A stretch of DNA of 64,000 nucleotides from Cytophagaceae bacterium (GTDB lineage Bacteria; Bacteroidota; Bacteroidia; Cytophagales; Flexibacteraceae), in the NCBI GenBank assembly GCA_947458545.1, contig CANGYH010000003.1, positions 101,809 to 165,808 of the forward strand. Reading direction: 5' to 3'. How positions within the stretch are numbered: position 1 is the stretch's first letter; every line of letters begins with the position of its first letter. Shown here in pieces: positions 9,625 through 18,400 of the stretch. The notes below the pieces were generated by a model that was given only the letters and a program-made list of their open reading frames with translations, searched no databases and was not told the DNA's origin. The position numbers and the translations under genes are program-made.

Positions 9625-9733
9625 GCTCCCCCTCTCCTCCCCGAAAGGGGGAGAAGAGGGGGCTGGGGGGTGATGAGGGGGCCTCGCCCCATGCGCAGAT
9701 GGCTGGGGGGTGAGGGGGCCTTGCCCCGTGCAC
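9625..9733. repeat. G/C-homopolymer-rich intergenic element: hairpin plus two tandem GGGGGGTGAGGGGGCCTTGCCCC-type units
   Basis: ctccccctctcctcccc-gaaa-gggggagaagaggggg, then gctggggggtgatgagggggcctcgccccatgcgcag and gctggggggtgagggggccttgccccgtgcacag. A related copy lies at 11599..11664. Confidence 0.7.
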
Positions 9734-9806
9734 AGAAAAACCGAGGGACATAACTCTACCCATACATAGCCACCCATTTACCCACCCACCTGTTTCCTTT
9801 GCGGCT

Positions 9807-10772
9807 ATGACGTGGTACCGCAGCCTGGGCACCCAAGAGTATGTGTACATGGCCCTCTTCGGGCTGCTGTATGCCCTCTTTGTATGGCGCACCTTGCGGC
9901 TGGCCCGGCGCCTGCGCAGCCCTCGGGGCTACGTGGCCTTTAAATTGGTGCTGCGGACGCTCTACATGGGCTTGATGGTGGTGGCCTTCTTGGGCCCCAG
10001 CTTCGGCAAAATCAAGCAAGAGGTTAAGGCTATGGGCAAAGACATCTTCATCGCCGTAGATGTGTCCGAGTCTATGAATGCCATAGACGTAGCCCCCACC
10101 CGGTTAGACAAGGTGCGGTTTGAGCTGCGCAACCTGCTCAACCTGCTCGGTGGAGACCGCCTCGGCCTCATCGTCTTTACAGATGAGGCCTTTCTGCAAT
10201 GCCCTCTCACTTACGACCAAAGCGCCATCACGCTCTTCATCGAGACGCTCTCCTCGCGCATCGTCAACGGGGGCAGCACAGACCTGAGCCAGCCCCTGCA
10301 GATGGCCCTGCAGCGCTTTGCCCGCGCCCAGGCCGCCGAGAGTGCCAAGGCCGTCGTGCTGATCTCCGACGGTGAGGACTTCGGCGAGCGCTACGCCTCC
10401 GTGCTAGACGAGCTGGAGCGGGCCGGTATCAAGGTTTTCTGCGTGGGTGTAGGCACGCTGGAGGGCTCCAGCATCCCCCTCGGCACCCGCCTCAAAACGG
10501 ACGCCGACGGCCGGCAGGTCATTACCAAGCTGAACCCCGCCCCCCTGCAAGAGATTGCCCGCAGCACCGGCGGCCGCTACTACGAGCTAAGCCGCACCAC
10601 CAACGGCTTCCCCGCCCTGGGCCGAGACCTGCAGGCCCTCCAAGGCCAAGTCATCGAGGTCAAAAAGCTAGACGTAGCCGCCAACAAATACACCTACGCC
10701 CTGGCCCTCGCCCTCCTGCTGGCCCTCATAGACGTCATGGTGCCCATCCGCCTGCTGCGGCTGAAGGGGTAG
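9807..10772 (+). CDS. VWA domain protein (BatA-like aerotolerance-family membrane protein)
   Basis: N-terminal TM segments, then a VWA MIDAS-type motif DIFIAVDVSESM, LISDGED, and a C-terminal TM anchor. The last 18 codons lie inside the 55-bp direct repeat. Confidence 0.8.
   Translation: MTWYRSLGTQEYVYMALFGLLYALFVWRTLRLARRLRSPRGYVAFKLVLRTLYMGLMVVAFLGPSFGKIKQEVKAMGKDIFIAVDVSESMNAIDVAPTRLDKVRFELRNLLNLLGGDRLGLIVFTDEAFLQCPLTYDQSAITLFIETLSSRIVNGGSTDLSQPLQMALQRFARAQAAESAKAVVLISDGEDFGERYASVLDELERAGIKVFCVGVGTLEGSSIPLGTRLKTDADGRQVITKLNPAPLQEIARSTGGRYYELSRTTNGFPALGRDLQALQGQVIEVKKLDVAANKYTYALALALLLALIDVMVPIRLLRLKG
10716..10770 (+). repeat. 55-bp direct repeat, copy 1 (3' end of the VWA gene, followed by TAG)
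   Basis: ctgctggccctcatagacgtcatggtgcccatccgcctgctgcggctgaaggggt matches 11455..11509 at every position when read base by base. Confidence 0.95.
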
Positions 10773-10820
10773 GGTTTTATGTCAGTCTTGCGGACTAGGA
10801 TATATCACGGCCTGTCAGCC

Positions 10821-11111
10821 TTAAAATCTTGGCTTCCGCTTGTGATGCAGGACAGCCTCTACCGCGATGATTTGTTTCTCCTCGTTTACCCTGTAGTGAA
10901 TGCTGTAAGGGAACCGAATGAAGGCCCTGGTTCGGACTGTGGAATATCTAATTTCCGAGTTCCAAAAGGTAGGCAGCTTTCTGAGCACATCTTCAAAAGC
11001 ATCCAGGAATCTGTGGCCCAGGCCAGGAGATTGAGATTCATACCAAGCCGCCGCTTCGGCTGCATCAATTTCTGCGGCTTTTAGCACCTTGACTTCGTAA
11101 CCGGGCTTCAT
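10821..11111 (-). CDS. Type II toxin, ParE/RelE family
   Basis: MKPGYEVKVLKAAEIDAAEAAAWY...FPYSIHYRVNEEKQIIAVEAVLHHKRKP is the typical ParE/RelE pattern. The ATG at 11111 overlaps the upstream antitoxin stop (ATGA, 11108-11111). The track ORF 10821..11210 over-extends the N-terminus. Confidence 0.8.
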   Translation of the reverse strand: MKPGYEVKVLKAAEIDAAEAAAWYESQSPGLGHRFLDAFEDVLRKLPTFWNSEIRYSTVRTRAFIRFPYSIHYRVNEEKQIIAVEAVLHHKRKPRF

Positions 11112-11317
11112 TTTAGGCGGCTTCGTAACCGGATCAGCGTTTCGTCCGTCGCGGTGTAGTCTTCGGGCTTGCTGCTTGCAATTCGTCGCAATACAAGCTC
11201 CTGTTGCCAAAGGGGTACCTCGTGGGCAGGCACTTCATGGGCAAAGCCGCGCTGCTCCAACCAAAGCAAAAATGCTTCTGCCTCCTCTTCAGGCACTGAA
11301 ACCAAGAACTGGGTCAT
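11108..11317 (-). CDS. Type II antitoxin (putative addiction module component, Unstab_antitox-like)
   Basis: 69 aa. The C-terminal VPLWQQELVLRRIASSKPEDYTATDETLIRLRSRL resembles the CHP02574/PF09720 antitoxin pattern. There is a 4-bp overlap with the toxin start. Confidence 0.7.
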   Translation of the reverse strand: MTQFLVSVPEEEAEAFLLWLEQRGFAHEVPAHEVPLWQQELVLRRIASSKPEDYTATDETLIRLRSRLK

Positions 11318-11454
11318 ATATGCAAGATACTATATCCCGCGCACAAGGTTAGAGCTTCTGCTTTACAACGGCCTATCCAACGTTGCCACAACGTCAGTTT
11401 AATGGCTGAAGGAGGCATTAGGATTCTATACGATAAATAATCAAGAGATTCTTG

Positions 11455-11509
11455 CTGCTGGCCCTCATAGACGTCATGGTGCCCATCCGCCTGCTGCGGC
11501 TGAAGGGGT
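11455..11509 (+). repeat. 55-bp direct repeat, copy 2 (orphaned duplicate of the VWA gene 3' end, followed by TGA)
   Basis: Identical to 10716..10770. It is no longer attached to any upstream reading frame. Confidence 0.95.
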
Positions 11510-11598
11510 GAAACACTATAATCGGCCCAAAGACCTGCACTGGCCTAGCGACCAAATAACCCCCTGGGTCATTTCACAATTAGCCTACCGGCGCCTTG

Positions 11599-11664
11599 CT
11601 CCCCCTCTCCCCTGAAGGGGGAGAGGGGGTTGGGGGGAGAGGGGGGGCTTGTCCCACGCGGAAC
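11599..11664. repeat. G/C-homopolymer-rich intergenic element (same family as 9625..9733)
   Basis: ctccccctctcc-cctgaa-gggggagaggggg, then ttggggggagagggggggcttgtcccacgcggaaca. Confidence 0.65.
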
Positions 11665-11884
11665 ATAAGGTTTAGTGCAAAATGATAAACCGCCTCAACT
11701 ACGCCAATCATCCCACCCCCATTTAGAACGTTTACCGGCCCCCGTGGTTATATAAGTGTAACCGCGTTACCCTTTCGTTACCGCGCTAGGAATCAACCTT
11801 CTAACCGGCGTAAATTCGCGCCCCTTTCCGTTTTTAAGACCCCGATGTTTGGCCCCGCACTAAGGGCCCCCCGCTGACCCTCCC

Positions 11885-13285
11885 ATGCTTGAGTATCAGG
11901 ACTTGATTGAGCAGACCTTTGAGTTCCCTACAGAAGAGTTCAAGGTCGTCAACAACGAGCTGCATTTCAACGGCGTACCGTTGATGGACATCATCAACCA
12001 GTACGGCACCCCCCTAAAGCTCAGCTATCTGCCCAAAATTGGCGAGAAAGTCCGCACCGCCCAGGCCCTGTTTGCCAAGGCCATGGCCAAGTACAACTAC
12101 GAGGGTAACTACACCTACTGCTACTGCACCAAGAGCTCGCACTTCCGCTTCGTGCTGGAAGAAGCCCTCAAGGCCGGTGTACACATCGAGACCAGCTCCG
12201 CCTTCGACATCCCGATCATCCGCAACCTCCACAAGAAGGGGCTGGTGACCAAGGATATGAACATCATCTGCAACGGGTTTAAGCGCGAGCTGTACCTCAA
12301 GTACATCAGCGAGCTGCTCAACGACGGCTTTGTAAACTGTGTGCCCATCCTGGACCACATGGGCGAGATTGACTTCTACGAGCAGCACGTCAACGTCAAC
12401 ACCAAGGTCGGCATCCGCGTAGCCGCCGACGAGGAGCCCAACTTCGAGTTCTACACCTCGCGCCTGGGCATCCGCTACAACGACGTGATGGACTTTTACC
12501 GCCGCCGCATCGAGGGCCGGGCCAAGTTCCAGCTCAAGATGCTGCACTTCTTCATCAACACGGGCATGAAGGACACCGCCTACTACTGGAGCCAACTCAC
12601 CCAGTTCGTAGAGCTGTACGCCGAGCTCAAGAAGATCTGCCCCGAGCTGGATTCCATCGACATCGGCGGCGGTCTGCCCATCAAGACCTCGCTCGGCTTC
12701 GAGTTCGACTACGACTACATGATAGACCAGATCGTAGAGAACATCAAGTACATCTGCGACGAGCAAGGCGTGCCCACCCCGCACATCTTCACCGAGTTTG
12801 GCAGCTACACCGTAGGCGAGAGCGGCGCCGTGCTCTACTCCATCCTAGACCAAAAGCAGCAGAACGACAAGGAGCTCTGGTACATGATCGACAGCAGCTT
12901 CATCACCAACCTGCCCGATGCCTGGGGCCTCAACCAGAAGTACATCATGCTGGCCGTCAACAACTGGAACCGCCGCTACCACCAGGTAAACCTGGGCGGC
13001 CTCACCTGCGACAGCATGGACTACTACAACAGTGAGGCCCACACCTCGGTGGTGTTCTTGCCCAAGGTAGATAAGGACGAGGAGCAGTACATCGGCTTCT
13101 TCCACACCGGCGCCTACCAAGAGAGCCTGGGCGGCTACGGCGGCATCCAGCACTGCCTCATCCCGGCCCCCAAGCACGTGCTCATCAACCGCGACGCCGA
13201 CGGCAACATCACCACCGAGCTCTTCGCCGAAGAGCAAAAAGCCGAGAGCATGCTCAAAGTCCTCGGCTACGAAGGCGTAGCCTAA
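11885..13285 (+). CDS. speA: Arginine decarboxylase (PLP-dependent, Bacteroidota ~465 aa type)
   Basis: N-terminus MLEYQDLIEQTFEFPTEEFKV...GTPLKLSYLPKI and type III PLP decarboxylase features (CYCTKSS lysine region, DIGGGLP, GGLTCDSMD). Confidence 0.75.
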   Translation: MLEYQDLIEQTFEFPTEEFKVVNNELHFNGVPLMDIINQYGTPLKLSYLPKIGEKVRTAQALFAKAMAKYNYEGNYTYCYCTKSSHFRFVLEEALKAGVHIETSSAFDIPIIRNLHKKGLVTKDMNIICNGFKRELYLKYISELLNDGFVNCVPILDHMGEIDFYEQHVNVNTKVGIRVAADEEPNFEFYTSRLGIRYNDVMDFYRRRIEGRAKFQLKMLHFFINTGMKDTAYYWSQLTQFVELYAELKKICPELDSIDIGGGLPIKTSLGFEFDYDYMIDQIVENIKYICDEQGVPTPHIFTEFGSYTVGESGAVLYSILDQKQQNDKELWYMIDSSFITNLPDAWGLNQKYIMLAVNNWNRRYHQVNLGGLTCDSMDYYNSEAHTSVVFLPKVDKDEEQYIGFFHTGAYQESLGGYGGIQHCLIPAPKHVLINRDADGNITTELFAEEQKAESMLKVLGYEGVA

Positions 13286-13304
13286 GCCCATCAAACCATT
13301 GTTT

Positions 13305-13387
13305 GCTGGTCCCGGTCTCTGACCGGGACCCACCCCCGCAAGGCCCCCGCGGTCTCCAGACTGCTGAAACGGAGGGTGTGGGGCAGG
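13305..13387 (+). repeat. Composite ~83-bp repeat (two hairpins), copy A
   Basis: It contains ggtcccggtctctgaccgggacc and gcggtctccagactgc hairpins. It closely matches the reverse complement of 23989..24070. Confidence 0.85.
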
Positions 13388-13487
13388 GTCATAAGGCTAA
13401 GTAGCTTGTCCCTCTTGCTTCACTCAAAGGCCCAAGCAAAACTTCAAGTCCAAGACTTTCTTAGTCAGCGAAAAGCTGAAGCTTGGG

Positions 13488-14555
13488 TCATTGTTGGTTA
13501 ATTAATTTCCTCAAGATAATTAAGGCTTCATTAATAGGTTTTCCAATATCTATATATAGTTCAAGTCCATTTCTCATTTCAAGTTGAATATGTGTTTTTG
13601 CACCGTAGCAACACCGAATTTTATTATAATATATAGTCCAATCCTTATTGTCGCCATCAAAATAGATATGGTCGTGACAGAAATAGACATTTCCGCTGTC
13701 TACTTCTTCCAGGCCGAATCTATGCTCTGTAATTGGTCTAGACTCTGACTCTCCAATCCAGAATCCGTCAATTACCTCAACGCTTAGACTATTTGTTTCG
13801 TATCCGATGGTTTCTTCTTCATCAATGAACCGTTCAAGTGTACAATCAGTTTCATACCAATAGACATCATCATGCAAAGGATGCGTCTCAGAGTCTAGGG
13901 GCGCGAGAGGTAATTTGCATAGGTCTAACAGTTCTTCTTGTTCTTGAAGATATGAATCAATGCTTTCCTCTTTAATCAAATCTAAATGGTTTGAGTACAG
14001 CTTAATTTTATCGAGATCTTCCCTATCAATCCAAAGTTCATGATTATGATATTGGGTAATTTTCTCAAAGGTAGACATTCTAGTGTCTATGGATATGTCT
14101 GAAATGCTTAAATTAAAATATCTCATTATATTATGTATTGCGTCAAGTTTAAGAAAAAAGTTCTCTTTTTGTATGGTTTTATCGGAGCTTACTTCCATAA
14201 AAAGCAGACTTATGCAAGCTGTAGCCTGTTCCTTGAGATTAATGACTTTTAGACATTTTGATATTTTTGTAATTTCATCGCAAATTGAAGGAGTCTCCAG
14301 ATTACTCCTAAGGTTGTGTAATATGTACAGGTTTAGTATTTTGCTATACTGTTCTTGTATCATTTCCTGTGAAAGGCTATACTTGCTTTCGATTGCATAG
14401 AGTGAATCGCTATTCAGTTTAGAAACGTCGCTTAATTTTGCCAAATAATCCTCTATTTCTTGCCTAAAATGATCGGTATTCTTCTTTAGTTTAAAACCAA
14501 ATATTAGGTCTAAAAGCGGTTTCGGCTGTTTTTGAAATGGTTCCATGAGGTTCAA
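13488..14555 (-). CDS. Orphan hypothetical protein in a strongly AT-rich islet
   Basis: Uninterrupted 355-codon ORF in DNA of roughly 30-35% GC, where random ORFs of this length are improbable. I recognise no motif. The acidic C-terminal third shows a beta-strand pattern (NVYFCHDHIYFDGDNKDWTIYYNKI...HIQLEM...LELYIDIG) faintly reminiscent of bacterial PH-like domains. Confidence 0.6.
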   Translation of the reverse strand: MNLMEPFQKQPKPLLDLIFGFKLKKNTDHFRQEIEDYLAKLSDVSKLNSDSLYAIESKYSLSQEMIQEQYSKILNLYILHNLRSNLETPSICDEITKISKCLKVINLKEQATACISLLFMEVSSDKTIQKENFFLKLDAIHNIMRYFNLSISDISIDTRMSTFEKITQYHNHELWIDREDLDKIKLYSNHLDLIKEESIDSYLQEQEELLDLCKLPLAPLDSETHPLHDDVYWYETDCTLERFIDEEETIGYETNSLSVEVIDGFWIGESESRPITEHRFGLEEVDSGNVYFCHDHIYFDGDNKDWTIYYNKIRCCYGAKTHIQLEMRNGLELYIDIGKPINEALIILRKLINQQ

Positions 14556-14841
14556 ATTTTGAGTTCAAATATAGTTTACCCCATCTTTGGTACAAGTCCT
14601 TGTGCCTATGAGGCCCCAGTCTATAACCAAAGACCTCACTTCACACCACCACATCCAGCCCCGCCATCTCCCGGCCCAGGCTGCGGATGCCGTCCAGGAT
14701 GCGCTGCACCTGCTTGGGCGAGGGGTTCGCAACTGTCGCAAGTCTTTAGCAACTCGATGTACGGTGCAAAGACTTGGAACTGCCATCGGAGTTAAGTGCA
14801 CTCCATAGTCGGCACCTCCTTTTTGTTCGTATATTTAGGCT

Positions 14842-15105
14842 ATGAACCCAGCCTTGCAAAGCCGTAAAATCTGGATGCTGGAGCGGCTTGCCGCCGTGCA
14901 GGAGCCCCATTTGCTGGAAAAGTTGCTGACCCAATTGGAACAGCTATTGGGACAGGAAAACGCCGAAACCGGGCCTTTGTCCGATCAAGCAAGGGCACAG
15001 CTCAAGGCAGGTATGGCCTCTACCCAAGCAGGGCGTACCTTTCCCGCGGCCGAGGCTGATCGACTGATAGCAGAAGCAATTCAAAAAGCCCAGCGTGGAG
15101 TTTAG
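14842..15105 (+). CDS. Putative type II antitoxin (small helical protein upstream of a ParE-like toxin)
   Basis: 87 aa, helical and Leu/Gln/Ala-rich. It overlaps the downstream toxin-like ORF by 11 nt. The call rests mainly on genomic context. Confidence 0.5.
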   Translation: MNPALQSRKIWMLERLAAVQEPHLLEKLLTQLEQLLGQENAETGPLSDQARAQLKAGMASTQAGRTFPAAEADRLIAEAIQKAQRGV

Positions 15106-15421
15106 AGTCCGAGAGCTACACCTAAGCCAAGAGGCATTGGACGGCTTGAGCCAGATACTGGACTACATAGCAGCCGATTTTCAGCTAGACGTTCTTCTTA
15201 GGTTCCAAGACCGTTGGGAATCCTTTAAGGAAACAGTGGTACATACCCCAAGGCGTTACGCGGTCTACACCGTGGAAGAAGGCATACCCGTTCATAAAGC
15301 TATACTTAACGGACTGACTGTCATCTTATTCACCTTTGATGATACTCGTGTGAACATCGAAGCCATATTCGATACCCGCTCTGATTGGCAAGGGAAATTT
15401 CCGCCTGGTACTCCCCGCTAA
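15095..15421 (+). CDS. Putative type II toxin, ParE/RelE-like
   Basis: 108 aa with a GTG start. The N-terminal pattern FRVRELHLSQEALDGLSQILDYIAADF matches the ParE-type xxAxxDLxxIxxYI helix, and it is paired with the small upstream ORF. Confidence 0.55.
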   Translation: MEFRVRELHLSQEALDGLSQILDYIAADFQLDVLLRFQDRWESFKETVVHTPRRYAVYTVEEGIPVHKAILNGLTVILFTFDDTRVNIEAIFDTRSDWQGKFPPGTPR

Positions 15422-15448
15422 GCAAGGTTGGAGCCCTTGCTTAGCATA

Positions 15449-15471
15449 GGTCCCGGTTACAAACCGGGACC
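15449..15471. repeat. GGTCCCGGT-N5-ACCGGGACC hairpin (same family as 13308..13330, 23938..23960, 24045..24067)
   Basis: ggtcccggttacaaaccgggacc. It sits between the TA module and the smc stop. Confidence 0.8.
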
Positions 15472-15492
15472 AGGTACCACGCATTTGCGCCC

Positions 15493-18400
15493 CTACCGCA
15501 AATCCACCGGTATTACCCGGCTCACGCCCTGCTCTACCATGGTGACGCCGTAGAGCACGTCGGCGTGGGTCATGGTGCGCTTGTTGTGGGTCACGATGAT
15601 GAACTGGCTCGACCCGCTGAAGTCTCGGATGATGTTGTTGAACTTGTCGATGTTGTTGTCGTCCAGCGGGGCGTCGACCTCGTCGAAGATGCAGAACGGA
15701 GCCGGCTTGATGAGGTAAATCGAGAACAGCAGCGCAATGGCCGTCAGCGTCTTCTCCCCGCCGGAGAGCTGGTTGATCGTGAGGGGCCGCTTACCCTTGG
15801 GCCGGGCAATGATGTCGATGGGGCTCTCCAGCGGGTTGTCGGGGTTTTGCAGGGTCAGGTCGCAGGTGTCCTCCTCCGTAAACAAGCTGCGAAACACCGT
15901 GTGGAAGTGCCCCCGCACCGCATTGAACGTCCCCAAGAAAGCCTGCCGGGCCTCCCCCTCAATCTCGGCAATGGTTTGCACCAGGCCTTGGCGGGCCTCT
16001 GTCAGGTCGTTCTTCTGCCCCGTAATGAAGTCGTGCCGCTCCTTCATCTCCTTGTAGCTCTCCATGGCCACGGGGTTGATGGGCCCCAGCCGGTCTAGCT
16101 GGGCCTTCAGGTCGGCGGCCAGCTTCAGCAGGTCCTGGTCCGAAAGGGCGGCTAGTTCTTCAGGTTCGGGTTCGGGCTGGCCGTCATCGGTCTCGGGGGT
16201 GTCGTTGGGGTCTATGTTGTACTCCAGCAGCAGGCGCTCGCGGGCGGTCTCCAGCCGGGCCTCCAGGCCCGATACCCGGCTGGCAATCTCCGAGAGCAGG
16301 GTCTGGTTCTGGTCTCGGCGGCGGGCCAGCTCGCGCAGCAGCTTGTCGCTGGTCTCTACGCGGCCGCGGGCGTGGTAGAGTGTCTGCCCGGCCTCTTTGA
16401 CGCCCCCGTCCACGGCCTTCAGCTCGTCGTAGAGGGCCTTCAGGTCTTCGTCGCCGATGGTATCGGTCTGGCTCAGGGTCTCCAGGGCTGCTTCGGCGGC
16501 GGCCAGGTCTTGCTCTACCTGGGCCAGGCGCGCCTCCAGGCGGTTGCGGTCTTCGGTGCGGATGTGCAGCTCGTTGCGTGTCTGGGTCAGTTGCCCTTGC
16601 AAGCGCACGGCCTCCAACTGGCCGCGGTTGAGCTCGTCTCGGCGCTGGGCCAGGGCTTGCTCGGCCAGGCGGCGGGCCTCCCGTTGGGCTTGCAACCCTC
16701 CCGTCAGGGCATCCCGGCGCTGGGTCAGCTCGGCCAACTCGGGGGCACGGGCAGCGGCGGCCTCCTCCAGTTGCGCGATGGTGCCGGCCAGCGTTTCCAG
16801 GCGCTGGCTTTGGTCTTGCAGCGTCTGGCTGGCCTGCTCACGGCGGATGCGCCAGGTTACGGCATCCTGCTCCAGGCGCTGGGCCTCGCGTCGCAGTTTT
16901 TCCAGCTCGGGGCGGGCATCGGCGGCGCGCACCTGGGCCAGCTCTTCGCGGGTAGCCTTTTGCTGGTCTTCCAGCTCCAGCAGTCGCTTGTTGAGGGTTT
17001 GCAGCTCGGTGGCCAGCTTCTCCAGGTTCTTCACCCGCCCAATCCGCTTGCCCTCATAGAGCCCGATGCTGCCTCCGGCGACGCTGCGGCGGCGAAGCAC
17101 CAGATTGCCCTCCAGGGCCAGCACGGCTACCTCTTCGTCGTCTGCAGGCACTGGCTTGGGCATGAAGCATACGTTGCCCAGCAGCCACCGGACGAGGGGC
17201 AGGTAGCGGGGCTCGCACTCCAGCACGTCCATGGCGGGCACGGCGCCCTCTGGGTAGCGGAAGAATTGCTCTTGCAAGCCGGCAAAGCGGCTCAGTACAA
17301 AAAAGCTGGCCTTGCCCTTGCCGCTGGCCCCCAGCAGCTCCACGGCGCGCAGGGCCTCGGCCTCGTCTTCTACCACGTAATGGTTCAGCACCGGCTCCAG
17401 GTAATACTCCAGGGCAATGCGATACTTCTCTGGCGTGGCAAACAGGTCTGATACCAGTGGCACCTGCTCGGCCATGGCCCAGCCTTTGGTCTTGCGCAGG
17501 TAGCGGATGGCCTCTGGGTAGCCCTCCAGGTTGTCTTGGAGAGACTTGGTGAGGTTGTACTCGTTCTGGGCCGCGTCTCGGCGGCGGGCCAGGGCACCGG
17601 TCTCGTCGCGCAGCTCCTCCAGGCGGGCCTGCAGGGTAGCCTCGCGGGCCTGGCGCTCTTCTTCTTTGTATTGCAGGTTTAGCACCCGGGCCTTGGCCGT
17701 CTCCAGCTCCACGCCCAGCTCTTTGAGCTTACCGTCAAACTCGGCCATAGAGGCCGTCTGCTGCTGGGTGCGCTCGTCCAGGCGCTGGCGCTCTTGCAGG
17801 TAGGTATTCAATTGGGCGCGGCCTACTTCTTCGTCACGGTGCAGGCGGCGGTACTGGTCTTCGGCCTCGCGCAGCTCGCGCTCGGCCTGGTCTAGGGCCT
17901 GGCTCTTGGTGGCAAAGTCGTCTTGCAGGGCTTGCAGACCCTCTTGCACACCGGTCAGCAGGTCTTTGGCGCGGGCCTCTTGCTCGGCCAGCATGTTGGC
18001 CCTGCCTTGCAGGTCTTCCAGCGTGGTGGCCAGGTTCAGCAGGCGGGTGCGGTCTTGCTCGCGCTGGGCGGCCAGTTGGTCTTTGCGCTGCAGCTCGGCG
18101 CGGCGGCGCTCGTTGCTCACCTTGCGCTCGCCCTCCAGGCGGCGGATGTTCTCTTGCAACTGCGCGTAGGTCTGCTGGCGGCTGCGGAACAGCTCCTCAC
18201 CCTCACGCACGCCTTGCAGCAGGGCCTCGCGCCCGGCTTCCTCGGCCTCTGCCTGGCGGACGATCTCGTCGCGCTCGGCTTTCAGCGCCTCCATCTGGGT
18301 CTGCAGACGGCCGTTCTCTTCCGAGCGCCGGGCCATCTCGCGCCGGGCGGCGGCCAGGCCTGCGGCCTTGGCTTTGTCCTTCAGCTCAAAGTAGCGCTCA

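Noticed and set aside
12014-12784. 256-aa minus-strand ORF inside the arginine decarboxylase gene
   Set aside because: It is an antisense artefact. The sense frame has clear PLP-decarboxylase motifs.
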